This document shows positions 1 through 10,700 of a DNA stretch of 39,790 nucleotides, piece by piece (positions within the stretch are counted from its first letter, which is position 1; the number at the start of each line of letters is the position of its first letter). The notes under the pieces are model-generated. The model did not search any database, was not told where the DNA came from, and saw nothing but the letters and a program-made list of their open reading frames with translations. The position numbers and the translations under genes are program-made. The DNA is taken from the IMG/VR virus record IMGVR_UViG_3300032247_000920, positions 1-39,790 of that record. The stretch is one strand, 5' to 3'. This DNA is from a virus (taxonomy: Duplodnaviria > Caudoviricetes).

Positions 1-122
1 AATAAACTTCCAGCACAATATTGGTATTTACCTTCTACAGCGTGGATGATGCACCCAAGCTTGATTGCTAAATTAAGATTAATGACTGCAACTGGCGGAT
101 TACCATTGCTTTTAGAAGTAGG
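1..122. repeat. Terminal overlap identical to 39669-39790 (circular assembly)
   Basis: AATAAACTTCCAGCAC...TTTAGAAGTAGG occurs at both ends and one ORF reads through the junction in frame. Confidence 0.97.
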
Positions 123-381
123 CGATGAAGATGGCGGAGCAATGTTATATTTATTTGGCATTCCTGTCATTCCTAATACTTATTTCCAAACTGCTGCGGC
201 AGGTGCTTTCATGGGAACTTTAGCTTGTTGGGATCAGTTTATGACTATTGCTGACAATGAAGAAATGACACTTAAACGCTATGATCAAACGAAGCCCGGA
301 TTTGTAACACTATATGCTGAAAAGCGTGTAGTTTCTACAGTAAGAAATCCGACAGCTGGTGTATTTATTTACGCGAGTTAA
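1..381 (+). CDS. Second major capsid protein (HK97 fold), C-terminal part; the gene starts at 38985
   Basis: Frame open from base 1 (NKLPAQYWYLPSTAWMMHP...); C-terminus RYDQTKPGFVTLYAEKRV aligns with RYDQTLPGYITFYGEKRL of 37490..38923. Confidence 0.92.
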   Translation, partial: NKLPAQYWYLPSTAWMMHPSLIAKLRLMTATGGLPLLLEVGDEDGGAMLYLFGIPVIPNTYFQTAAAGAFMGTLACWDQFMTIADNEEMTLKRYDQTKPGFVTLYAEKRVVSTVRNPTAGVFIYAS

Positions 382-383
382 TT

Positions 384-1061
384 ATGACTGATACTTTAGG
401 GCAAATCCCATTCGGTGGAAACACTAGGAATCCGTTCAACTATGATAAGTTTGAACAGATCAATCGTGCCTTAACTACAGGTTGGCTTACTTTAGATGAA
501 ATCACTCAACAATTAAATTTGTTTGGTGATGAATCTCAAGATGCTTATTTAGAAAGTTTAGAATTAGCGGTTCGTATGCACATTGAGGATTATCTTGGTA
601 TGCCTATATTCCCTATTTCTTATCGTTCTTATTATGGCCTTAGTTCTTTATATGCCAATCCTGTTTGTTTAGATTTGCCGCAAGTATCTTATAAAGATAG
701 TTTTAATACGGGAAGCGTTGTTATTAATAGCGTTAAATATTATAACAATTCTGACACTTCAGTATTAATAGAAACTACTATTTTAGCTACTTCTGATTAT
801 GTTTATGATCCAACAGGTAATAAAGTAATATTACCCGGAGGCATGCCAAGCGATGTTAATACAGTCGTAACTTCACCTATTGTTGTTGAATTTACAGTCA
901 ATCCTAATTTTTTACAGGCTTATCCTGTAATTAAACAAGCTGCATTATTACTATTGACACATTTATATAATAATCGTTCTGAAACAACTTCAGGAAGATT
1001 AGATAACATTCCTTATGGGGTAGATGCTTTATTAAGACCATACAAACCATTGGTGATGTAA
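384..1061 (+). CDS. Head-tail connector (HK97 gp6/SPP1 gp15-like) with internal insertion
   Basis: LTLDEITQQL...D-AYLESL and C-terminal KQAALLLLTHLYNNRSE...IPYGVDALLRPYK motifs; follows the capsid genes. Confidence 0.88.
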   Translation: MTDTLGQIPFGGNTRNPFNYDKFEQINRALTTGWLTLDEITQQLNLFGDESQDAYLESLELAVRMHIEDYLGMPIFPISYRSYYGLSSLYANPVCLDLPQVSYKDSFNTGSVVINSVKYYNNSDTSVLIETTILATSDYVYDPTGNKVILPGGMPSDVNTVVTSPIVVEFTVNPNFLQAYPVIKQAALLLLTHLYNNRSETTSGRLDNIPYGVDALLRPYKPLVM

Positions 1062-1406
1062 ATGGCCATAACCCGTTTTGAAAATGTAGATGTAAATGAC
1101 TTGACATTCTCAACCAATCAATATGGTGAGTATGAAACTGTTATTACTAAAAAATTTACAAGTAGGCCATTAATTTCTGATGTTAAAAATTCATTGGCCA
1201 TTACTGACAGATATAGAATATATCAAGATTTGATACAGATGAAATTTAACTACACTCCATGGATGAAAGATGTTGTAGATAATCAAAATCTTTATTCTGT
1301 AACTTGGCGTGGCAAAGATTGGCGTATTACAGATTGTCTTGAATCTAACGATAGAATGAGTGTGACTTTAATGTGCTATAGAAACGATCCAGCTACGGCG
1401 GTTTAA
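1062..1406 (+). CDS. Head closure / head-tail adaptor protein
   Basis: Size, synteny and the VTWRGKDWRIT segment typical of gp16/FII-like proteins. Confidence 0.72.
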   Translation: MAITRFENVDVNDLTFSTNQYGEYETVITKKFTSRPLISDVKNSLAITDRYRIYQDLIQMKFNYTPWMKDVVDNQNLYSVTWRGKDWRITDCLESNDRMSVTLMCYRNDPATAV

Positions 1407-1407
1407 T

Positions 1408-1827
1408 ATGGGACAAAATGTTATTAATGACTACGCAACTGCAATACAATGGCAATTAAGTGATATAATAACGCCAATACCTGTTTATTCTAATTTCAAT
1501 AGAAATTGGGCTACACAAGAAAAATTTGTAACATGGCATTTAACTAATGTGCATCAACCTGTTTACACAGGTATCCCGCAAAATAATAAAGGGATTGATA
1601 CACCTTTAATTGAAATGAGTGTATATACTAAACAGATGGCAGATTGTTATGATGTGGCAAATAGTATTATACAAGCGTTACATGGCTATCAAGGAATGTT
1701 TGGAAACCCTTTAACATCAGGATTCTCAATATCCAAAGCTGATGTGAACATGAGGTTTCAAAGTTATGATGACGAAATTAAACTATATAATATTTCATTG
1801 GATTGCACTTTATACATTCCAACATAA
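1408..1827 (+). CDS. Tail terminator / tail completion protein
   Basis: Synteny before the tail tube gene; IEMSVYT...VANSIIQALHGY pattern. Confidence 0.68.
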   Translation: MGQNVINDYATAIQWQLSDIITPIPVYSNFNRNWATQEKFVTWHLTNVHQPVYTGIPQNNKGIDTPLIEMSVYTKQMADCYDVANSIIQALHGYQGMFGNPLTSGFSISKADVNMRFQSYDDEIKLYNISLDCTLYIPT

Positions 1828-1862
1828 GATTTTTTGATTATTTTTAAAAAGGAAATTTAATT

Positions 1863-2360
1863 ATGGCACTTCCAAATAAAGTATTACCGGGATTTAGCGC
1901 AACCTTATATGCACAATCAGGTGCAACTCCAACACCATTAGATTTAGAAGAATTAAGCACTTGGGCAGATGTTGATGCTATTGCTATAACTTCAAATATT
2001 ATTCCTGTTGAAGCTATTCCTGCTTTTGGTCAAGATGATGCAATGGCTAACTTCAATGTAGCAGGCTCTCGTCAATCAGACAAGATTCCTACACAAGCGC
2101 CACCTACATCAATGACAATTACTGCAGCATGGAATCCAGCAGATACGCAATTACTTCAAATGCGAGCAGATGCTTACAATGGCACTATTGACCGCACTTT
2201 TGTTATTCTTGCTACAGATGGCACAGGTAATTATGTTGCTTATGCTTTCAATGGCCGTGTTGGTCAATGGGATGTAGATACTAACCCAACTGCTGAAGCA
2301 AAATGCTCATTTACTGTTCACCCAAGAGGCAATCAATACGGTTGGTCAAATAACGCATAA
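1863..2360 (+). CDS. Major tail tube protein
   Basis: 165 aa, strong RBS (AAGGA), WNPAD and AFNGRV motifs, synteny. Confidence 0.78.
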   Translation: MALPNKVLPGFSATLYAQSGATPTPLDLEELSTWADVDAIAITSNIIPVEAIPAFGQDDAMANFNVAGSRQSDKIPTQAPPTSMTITAAWNPADTQLLQMRADAYNGTIDRTFVILATDGTGNYVAYAFNGRVGQWDVDTNPTAEAKCSFTVHPRGNQYGWSNNA

Positions 2361-2370
2361 GGACAAAATA

Positions 2371-2619
2371 ATGCAAGTCAAAACACAACAAGATTTAAGT
2401 AGTTATTTACTGAACAATGGCATGTTAGATTATTTAGTGAACCGAGCTAATTCAGGTCAAAAGAATTGGTTCGGTTTTTCTGAACAGCGCATTACAGGTA
2501 TTGTTTTGGCTCATGAAATTGCAAAGCATCATGCGGACACAATGTCCCCGCAAGAAGTAGTAGATTATGCACAAAAAGTTAATAATGCTATATATGAAAA
2601 AATAATTAAATCACAATAA
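2371..2619 (+). CDS. Hypothetical protein in tail operon
   Basis: ORF with AAGGA RBS, tight packing. Confidence 0.7.
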   Translation: MQVKTQQDLSSYLLNNGMLDYLVNRANSGQKNWFGFSEQRITGIVLAHEIAKHHADTMSPQEVVDYAQKVNNAIYEKIIKSQ

Positions 2620-2633
2620 CAAGAGGAGTTTGT

Positions 2634-3152
2634 ATGGCGTTTGCTGACAAATTAGGTAGTAAATATACCGCTGTAAAAGACAAAGTTAATTTAAGAGTGC
2701 TTCATATTAAAACAGATGAAGCTGAATTTGATTTGAAAGTGAGAATACCTTTCAAACAAGAAATGGAATCTATTAATGAAACCATTGTCGCAGTAGATGA
2801 AACAAAAGTAGAAGCGCTTTATAAAAAATTAGCCAAACCTATAAAAAAATCAATTGATGAAGGTGGCGATGAATTTTTAAAAGCAATCAACAAAGATAAA
2901 GATTTTATTATTGTTAAAGATAATGACATTATTGTAGATGGTAATTCAATACGAAATGTTGCAACATTATCTATTATGTGGGAAATTAAAGTAGAAGAAT
3001 ACTTTCATTTATTGGTTTCAGAAACAGGTGAGCCAATTACTGAAAGTTTTGAGGAAATATCAAAAGAATTTCCTGAAGATGTAATAAAGCAAATAGTCAA
3101 TGAAATAGAAAAAGTTATTAAGCCTGATTATAGTAGCGTAAAAAAAAATTAA
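2634..3152 (+). CDS. Tail assembly chaperone (lambda gpG analogue)
   Basis: Ends V-K-K-N-stop on an A9 run (3140-3148); lies between tail tube and tape measure genes. Confidence 0.82.
   Translation: MAFADKLGSKYTAVKDKVNLRVLHIKTDEAEFDLKVRIPFKQEMESINETIVAVDETKVEALYKKLAKPIKKSIDEGGDEFLKAINKDKDFIIVKDNDIIVDGNSIRNVATLSIMWEIKVEEYFHLLVSETGEPITESFEEISKEFPEDVIKQIVNEIEKVIKPDYSSVKKN
3140..3146 (+). promoter_or_regulatory. Programmed -1 frameshift slippery heptamer A AAA AAA
   Basis: X XXY YYZ-type heptamer in the correct phase near the end of the chaperone gene. Confidence 0.8.
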
Positions 3153-3496
3153 GAAAATCACTGCGTAGGCAAGTTACTGCGGCAATGATTTTTAATGGGC
3201 ATACAGAACAATACATTAATTCATTAGATGAAGAATTATTTGCGGAGATACAAGTTATGTATGCGGAAGGAATGTTAGGTAATAAAGCTATCTACAATGC
3301 TTTAACACCCATTACAACCGCTCTCTATAATTATATGCGCAGTCCTAGTCAAAGAGCATATAAGTCAAATGAAATATTCCCTTGGATTGATGATTATTCA
3401 AAAAGCTCTGACATTGAAGATAATGATGTAAGTAATTCATTGTTATTATTTATGTCGCAAGCGCCTAATTTTAAAATAGATAGATTTAAAAAATAA
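3140..3496 (+). CDS. -1 frameshift extension of tail assembly chaperone (gpGT analogue)
   Basis: The -1 frame is open from 3140 (KKKLRKSLRRQVTAAMIFNG...) into ORF 3185..3496. Confidence 0.8.
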   Translation, partial: KKKLRKSLRRQVTAAMIFNGHTEQYINSLDEELFAEIQVMYAEGMLGNKAIYNALTPITTALYNYMRSPSQRAYKSNEIFPWIDDYSKSSDIEDNDVSNSLLLFMSQAPNFKIDRFKK

Positions 3497-4014
3497 TGGA
3501 TTATCAATTTAAAGCAGAAGGTTTTGAATCTCTTTTTCAGCGCATGGATGAATTGCGTGATGAAATTGGCCGAGCTAAAACTGATAGGATTTGGCGTAAT
3601 GTTTTACTTTATGCTATGGAGCCTGTTTTGCAAGACGCTATTTCACATGCACCTTATGACAAAGACAGTAAAGATGGCCATTTAAAAGATCATATTTATA
3701 TGAAAGCTCAAAGACCTCAGATGTTTGATAAAGGTTCAAAATATTATCAAGGTGAAAGCTATTTGGTTCGTGTTACATCTAGCCCAATTCGTGATACTTC
3801 ATTTTTACATACAACTTTAAATAAAAAAGGAAAATTTCAAACTCGTTGGAAAGGCCTCAAACCTGTTGGCGTATCTCAAGAGTTTGGTAACAAAAGAGTT
3901 CGTAAACAAGCATTTTTAAAACCAGCTTTAATTGATAATATTGAAAATATTAAAGGCAGGCTTGGTCAAGCTTTAAAAGCTCAAATAGATAAAATTGCAG
4001 AAGGTAAAAAATAA
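3496..4014 (+). CDS. HK97 gp10-family tail component
   Basis: AP...GHLKDHI and QEFGNKRVRKQAFLKPAL motifs. Confidence 0.85.
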   Translation: MDYQFKAEGFESLFQRMDELRDEIGRAKTDRIWRNVLLYAMEPVLQDAISHAPYDKDSKDGHLKDHIYMKAQRPQMFDKGSKYYQGESYLVRVTSSPIRDTSFLHTTLNKKGKFQTRWKGLKPVGVSQEFGNKRVRKQAFLKPALIDNIENIKGRLGQALKAQIDKIAEGKK

Positions 4015-6020
4015 TGGCAACCATTGGCTCATTAAGCGTCAAATTAGGCCTCATTACTGTCGATTGGGACAAAGCCACAGACAAGGCAAAAAAACAAGCC
4101 AAAGACCTTCAAACTGCGTTTAACAACCTAGGTAAAGAACTTAATCTTGTTCAAAGAGCATTCGGTTCTTTTACATCAAATTTCAATCTTGCAGGTATAG
4201 GCATTGCTGCACTCACAGCTAAAGCTATTGGGCTATCTCGTGATGTTAAAGATATGGCAGACAGCTTTGGATTATCTACCTCTAAAATTCTTGAATATCA
4301 AGCAGCGTTAGAAACTTCAGGCGTTGCAGCAGAAAATACGAGTAAAGTTCTTGCAACTTTATTTAGTAAAATTGATGAAATGCAATCAGGTAAAGGTATT
4401 GACCTTGTTGAAAAATTCAACAAAATGGGCATTAGTTTATCTGAAATTTCTAAATTACAACCCGATCAAGCGCTTGAAGTATTTTCTAAAGGATTATTAA
4501 AATTAGATAGTAGTTTTGAACGAGCTAATATTAAAGCTTTGTTTATGGGCAAAGGCTCTAAAACATTTGGTCCCGAATCTTTTTTAGAAAATCTTAAAAA
4601 AGTAAAAGGTGGTTATGACAGCGCAGGCGATTCAATTAATCGTTTGGCACAATTAGATGATAATCTTAAAGTTTCTATGCAAAATCTTACTATTGCATTT
4701 GCAGATATTTTAGGAAAATTTATTGGTAATGATGGTTTAGTAGTTAGCGTTCAACAATTCAAAGATATTATTGAAGTCGTATTTTCTGTTTACACAGTAA
4801 AAGCAATTAGCTCATTTACTATTGCTATTATGGAATTGACAGGAGCTATGATAGCTCTTAAAAATGCTACGATTGCTTTCTTTCCGGGCGCTGGCCTGTT
4901 ATTAAAATTTATGTCAGCTATTGGTTCATTAGGAACCGATACTCCGGGACTTGCAGACCTTCTTAAAAAAATTACAGAAATGAGAGCAGAGGTAGAAAAA
5001 CCTGTTTCTACTACTGTAGATGTTACTGCTAAAGATTTATCAAAAGGCAATCTTGATTTAGAAAATGCTTATTATGCTCAATACAAATCTAGACTTACTT
5101 TAGCTAAAGAAGAATTAGAATTTCAAAAACGATCATTACAAATTAAATTAGATGCTTACAATACAGATGAATGGACTACGAAACAAAGAGAATTACAACT
5201 TAAATATGAAGAAGATATAGCTAAACTTAATAACGAAATGGCTCAAGAGCTTAAAAGCATTCCCGAAGGAAGTGCAAGGGCTAGTAAAATTAAAGAAATT
5301 TATGATGTTAGAAAGCAAGGTGCTAAAGAAGCATTAGATAGTGAAATAACTTTATCTGAAAAACAAAAAGAAATTCAAACTAATTTTGCTGAAGGTTGGA
5401 AAAATGCTTATGCTGTTTATATGCGTGAATCTGAAAAAGCTGGTGAGGTTGCAGCACAGGCATTTGATTCATTAACAAAAAGTTTAGAAGATACTTTAGC
5501 CACATTTTTTGAAACAGGTAAGTTTAACTTCAGATCATTTGCTTCATCTATCATTCATGAAATGGCTCGTATTCAAGCTCAAGCGGCAGCTAAATCTATC
5601 ATGGGAATATTTGGCGGCGGCGGTGGCGGCGGAATCGGTGGATTTTTTAGTAGTTTGGCAAATAGCATATTTACTGGTGGAAGCCCTGCGGCATTATTAA
5701 CAGGTTCTACAGGCGAATCATATGGTTCAATATTAACTGGCAAAGCGACAGGCGGTGATGTTAATGCTGGCACGCCTTATATGGTGGGTGAGAATGGTCC
5801 TGAAATGTTTATACCTTCACAAGCTGGTTCAATTGCGCCAAAAACAACATTAGGTTCAATGATGGGGCAAAATCAACCACAAGTAGTTTATAATGGTCCA
5901 TACATTGCTAACATGAGTGCTATTGATACACAATCAGGATTGCAATTCTTGGCTAAAAATAAACAAGGCGTATGGGCGGCAAACCAATCAGCACAAAGAG
6001 GACTTCCACAAAGTAGATAA
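4014..6020 (+). CDS. Tail tape measure protein
   Basis: MATIGSLSVKLGL N-terminus, helical body, lambda-type C-terminal region, ATGGDV...YMVGENGPEMFIP motif. Confidence 0.93.
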   Translation: MATIGSLSVKLGLITVDWDKATDKAKKQAKDLQTAFNNLGKELNLVQRAFGSFTSNFNLAGIGIAALTAKAIGLSRDVKDMADSFGLSTSKILEYQAALETSGVAAENTSKVLATLFSKIDEMQSGKGIDLVEKFNKMGISLSEISKLQPDQALEVFSKGLLKLDSSFERANIKALFMGKGSKTFGPESFLENLKKVKGGYDSAGDSINRLAQLDDNLKVSMQNLTIAFADILGKFIGNDGLVVSVQQFKDIIEVVFSVYTVKAISSFTIAIMELTGAMIALKNATIAFFPGAGLLLKFMSAIGSLGTDTPGLADLLKKITEMRAEVEKPVSTTVDVTAKDLSKGNLDLENAYYAQYKSRLTLAKEELEFQKRSLQIKLDAYNTDEWTTKQRELQLKYEEDIAKLNNEMAQELKSIPEGSARASKIKEIYDVRKQGAKEALDSEITLSEKQKEIQTNFAEGWKNAYAVYMRESEKAGEVAAQAFDSLTKSLEDTLATFFETGKFNFRSFASSIIHEMARIQAQAAAKSIMGIFGGGGGGGIGGFFSSLANSIFTGGSPAALLTGSTGESYGSILTGKATGGDVNAGTPYMVGENGPEMFIPSQAGSIAPKTTLGSMMGQNQPQVVYNGPYIANMSAIDTQSGLQFLAKNKQGVWAANQSAQRGLPQSR

Positions 6021-6022
6021 TT

Positions 6023-6709
6023 ATGGCAAATTTAACCACAATACTTTCCATATCTGAATCTGTAGGCATTAATGATCAAAGATTTATTGGTCAAATGATG
6101 AGCCGCAATCAAAGAATTTCAACATCTGAAATTATTGGTGTGCAACCTTTTGTGTTTGAAATGAAACCTATGAATTATCTTTTGTATTCTCAAAACAGAC
6201 AATTACTTTCTGATTTAAGAACAGCTGATCGTGAATACGAACAATATCTTAATTTTGGTTCAACTGGTTGGGTTAATTATATTGATTATCAAGGTGATAT
6301 GACTTCAGGTCAAATTTCAGCTTGTCAATATCAAACATCTTCCGCAAATAAAACTATTGTATTAGGTTCTTTGCCAACAATTACTTCAACAAAATACATT
6401 GTGAAAATAGGTGATTTTTTACAAATTGGTAGATATGCATATATAGCAACTGCTAATGTTCAAAGAGGATCGGGTACTACAGTTAATATTCCTGTTCACA
6501 GAACAATAATGACAACATTAGTAGCACCAATTACAGCGGTTATTGGTCAATATGGCACTACGCAATCTTTAGGCGGTTCAACTTATACTGGAATTACTTT
6601 CCCTGTTATACTTCAACAATATCCAAATTACACACTTATCCCAATGACTAATGATTCTTTTCTTCAATGGTCAGGAACATTTAAAGCGATAGAAGTAGTA
6701 TTGTCATGA
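6023..6709 (+). CDS. Probable distal tail protein
   Basis: First gene after the tape measure; KIGDFLQIG...Y motif; beta-rich. Confidence 0.6.
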   Translation: MANLTTILSISESVGINDQRFIGQMMSRNQRISTSEIIGVQPFVFEMKPMNYLLYSQNRQLLSDLRTADREYEQYLNFGSTGWVNYIDYQGDMTSGQISACQYQTSSANKTIVLGSLPTITSTKYIVKIGDFLQIGRYAYIATANVQRGSGTTVNIPVHRTIMTTLVAPITAVIGQYGTTQSLGGSTYTGITFPVILQQYPNYTLIPMTNDSFLQWSGTFKAIEVVLS

Positions 6710-7335
6710 ACAACATAGCACCAATACAAAATACTAATAATATAAGGATGGCGGATTTTATCCGTGTAACCACTCAAAATGCAGAGGGTGATACTGTAGT
6801 TTATCGCCTTGCATCAACCCCATCTGTATTAACAATTCCTGCTGTTGATCCTTTACCTTTTGATGCGCTTGGTGCATTGGTTAAAGTAAATGATGTGCAA
6901 AGAGATATTAAATCAACTGCCAATGAAACATCTATTACTTTAGTAGGTATTGATACAGCTCAATTGGGTTGGGTATTAAGCAATAAAATCAAAGGTTCTT
7001 TTATTGAAATGTGGCATGGTTTTTTCAATGAAAATAATGAACTCATAACCATAGGCGGCACAGGCGGTCTTTATAAATTTTTTACTGGGTATGTAAACTC
7101 ATTTAATATTACAGAGCAATGGTTTGAAGAAGGTAGAATGTATTTAGGGGTTATTAATGTAACTGCATCAAGCATTCAAATTATTTTACAAAATGGAACT
7201 GCTGGTAGATATACAAATAACAATTCATGGCAATTTTTTTCACCTTCAGATACTTCAATGAATCGTGTGTCTGTTATTCAACAAATAAATTATTTCTTTG
7301 GCAAAGACAAAGACCCAAGCGTATATAGAAGTTGA
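6706..7335 (+). CDS. Minor tail / hub protein (gpL-position)
   Basis: Synteny; ITLVGID...FFTGYV...RYTNNNSWQ...DTSMNRV pattern seen in tail-hub proteins. Confidence 0.6.
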   Translation: MNNIAPIQNTNNIRMADFIRVTTQNAEGDTVVYRLASTPSVLTIPAVDPLPFDALGALVKVNDVQRDIKSTANETSITLVGIDTAQLGWVLSNKIKGSFIEMWHGFFNENNELITIGGTGGLYKFFTGYVNSFNITEQWFEEGRMYLGVINVTASSIQIILQNGTAGRYTNNNSWQFFSPSDTSMNRVSVIQQINYFFGKDKDPSVYRS

Positions 7336-7757
7336 TAAGAAAAGCTAACAAATACGACATAGACAAGATAATAGAACTTTTAAAAGATTTTGCTATTAAA
7401 TCTAAAAATCAATTAAAAGGCAGTCCATTAGATTGGTCTAAAACTTATGTAATGCAACTTATTACAAATATAATAGCAGGGCAAGGTTTTATTTTAATTG
7501 ATGATGAACAAACAGGAATTTTAGTAGTTTATAAAAATCATTGTTTTTGGAATGAAAAAAGCATTCAACTTCAAGAAGTAATGCTTCACGGATATAACAA
7601 ATTTGTTATTGCTAGGTTGATTAAAGAATATATCAAAATAGCAAAAGAATTATTAAAAAAAGGGGAAATCAATCAAGCTACAATATCATCTTATGATGAT
7701 CTTAAATTTGAAAGATACGGAATGAAATTAATAGAATATCATTGGGAAATTAATTAA
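7332..7757 (+). CDS. GNAT-like acetyltransferase-fold protein
   Basis: N-terminal IRKANKYDIDKIIELL and C-terminal FERYGMK resemble GNAT motifs; TTG start overlaps the previous stop. Confidence 0.55.
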   Translation: MIRKANKYDIDKIIELLKDFAIKSKNQLKGSPLDWSKTYVMQLITNIIAGQGFILIDDEQTGILVVYKNHCFWNEKSIQLQEVMLHGYNKFVIARLIKEYIKIAKELLKKGEINQATISSYDDLKFERYGMKLIEYHWEIN

Positions 7758-10700
7758 TGAGCGGATTAGTTAGTGCTATAACTAAAGCGTTTGCCGCTTT
7801 TGATCCTATTAGTTTTGCTATTCAAATGGTAGCAAGTGCAATATTATCAAAACTTCTTGCGCCTAGTCCGCCTAGTCAAGCCGCTCAAAGTGCGCCTGAT
7901 CCTAATCCTGGTTCTCGCGCTCAAACTCCGCCTGCTGGTAACAATAAACTTCCTGTAGTTTATGGTCAAGCTTGGACAGGTGGTATCATCACAGACCTTT
8001 CAATCACTAATGACAATCAAACACTTTATTATGTATTTGCTTTATCAGAAGTAACTAACACTGAATCAGGTTCAAGTGTAGGCAGTGCAGACGAAATAAC
8101 TTTTGGTGATATTTATTGGGGTGGTAAAAAATGTATATTTGACGGAGTAGATACAACTAAAGTAATTGCTCTTGAAGATCCAAGCACAAATGAAAGTCAA
8201 GACATATCAGGATATATGAATATATATCTTTATAAAAATGGTTCAAATGCACCTGCAAATTCAACCACAAGCGCAATAACAGTAATGAGTGATTCAAATC
8301 TTACTTATCAATGGGATAGCACTAAATTAATGACTAATTGTGCTTTTGCAATTATTCAACTTAAGTATTCTCAATCAAGAAATCTTATTGGTCTTTCTGC
8401 TACTAATTTTGAAATATTTAATGCAAGGAAAGCTCCGGGCGATTGTTTTTTAGATTATTTAACTTCTACTCGTTATGGCGCTTCAATACCATTAGATAAT
8501 ATTGATACAACAAGCCTTACAGCTTTAAATGTTTATTCAAATGAAACTATAACTTACACTCCATATAGTGGCGGATCAGCGACTATGAAAAGATTTGAAT
8601 ATAATGGTTCATTAGATACTTCACAAAAATTGATGAAAAATATTCAATCAATGGCAGATTGCTGTGATTGTTTAGTTAAATATAATGAGATCACTGGCCT
8701 TTGGGGTGTTATTGTTCAAACACCTACATATACAGTAGCTATGGATATTAATGATACTAATATGATTGGTCCAATATCTATTAGCCCAATTGATATTTCA
8801 AATTCATTTAATATCATTGAATGTAAATTTCCTGACGGAAGCCAACAAGATTCATTTAATGCCGCAACTTTTGATTTGCAAGAAATTAACCCAAGTCTTT
8901 TATTTCCTAATGAGCCAGTCAATAAACAATCAGTAAGTCTTTATTTAACTAATAATTCAGTAACCGCTCAATACATTGCTAATCGTATGTTAGAAGCCGC
9001 AAGAGAAGATTTGCAAATTCAATGTGAAATTAATTATATTGGTTTAGAACTTGAAGCTGGCGATATTGTTACAGTTACTAATGTTAATTATGGTTGGTCA
9101 GCTAAATTATTTAGAATAATGAAAGTTATTGAAAAATTTGGCGATAATGGCACTGTAACAGCAACATTAAGTTTATCTGAATATAACCCTGCAATTTATG
9201 ATGATTACAATGTAACATCATTTATTCCAGCAAATAATTCAGGTCTTGGAAGTCCAGTTACTTTTGGCACAGTTTATCCGCCAACAATTGTAGCTCAATA
9301 TCCTACAAATACAAATCCATCTTTTGTATTAAGAATACAAACATCAAGCGCAGGTATATCTGATTATGCAGAAATTTATTATTCAGCATATCAATATCCA
9401 ACTGATGATCAACTTATATTTGCAGGCACAACCGCTATTCAACCAGTAGGAGTGCCTTATGTTGTAAATACATATATGCCTGATGTTACTTTAACTAACA
9501 TTCCAACAGGTGATTGGTATTTCTTTAGTCGCATGGTTAATAGTCTTGCGTCAAGTAATTATTCTTTGGCATCAACAGTGTTAGTATGGCGACCAACTAC
9601 TTTTCAATATGTAGAAAAATATCTTTCTGTAGCTTATGCAGACAATATTACAGGCACATCTAATTTTAATTTGAATCCTAGAAATAGAACTTATTATGGA
9701 TTAGCAAATCAAACTTCTACAACGCCTAGCACAAACCCATCAGATTATTCATGGTATTTAGCAGATCCAACTTTTGCAACAAATAAATTTTTAGCATATA
9801 GCAATAGAACTGGTCGCAAATTTAGCTTTGCTACAGATCAAGCTGCTTATGCAGCAGGGACAGCATCTTTCGTTCCTACAACAGCTTCTTTATATGATCC
9901 TAGCGTTTGGTCAGCTTTGCCTGATGGATTGAATATTATTGATTTAGATGTAAGAACTGGTCAATTGATTGGCACAGGAACAACAACAACTGCAACAGGT
10001 GAAATTGCAATTGTTAATACTGCTGATGGTCAAGTGGTAGCCGCTTTAGCTAAATTTTTAGATTTTGGTGGTCCTAGCACATTTACTGGTGATGCTACAA
10101 CATTAACTATTGATGTTTATGGTCGGGTTGTAGGGTTTAGTGCCGCAGATAGTTTTTATATGACTATTAACAATTTTGTAGCAACTTCAGGTCAAACAGT
10201 ATTTTCAGTCACTAGAGATGCGGCATATATTGTTGGTCAATGTTTAGTTTATGAAAATGGTATTTTATTAAGTCAAACTGATTTTACTGATGCTTCATCA
10301 AGTGTTACTTTATCTATAGGAGCTACTGTAGGAGCTAATATAACTGTAGTGTCTATGAGAGCTATTTCTACAAGCACTTATTATGATTTAATGAATATGT
10401 CTGTATTAAGCGTAGCTTCTAATGTTGTTACTTGGAATAATGCTAATGCTCCTTGGGATTTAATAGAAATTGGTGATACTGTTTCATTTACTAATGTAGG
10501 AACACCAACGCATTACACAGTTACAGGTGTTGATTATGTTAATTCACAAATAACATTTAGCTCTCCAGTTACAAGTGTTGTAGCAGGATCAAGAATTTAT
10601 TTTTATAGAGCCGCTGGTTCAAGTTATAGAATATTTAGTAGATATACAACTAATCAAACTAATGCTTCCAGTTATACGCCAACTTTATGGAGTTTTGATA

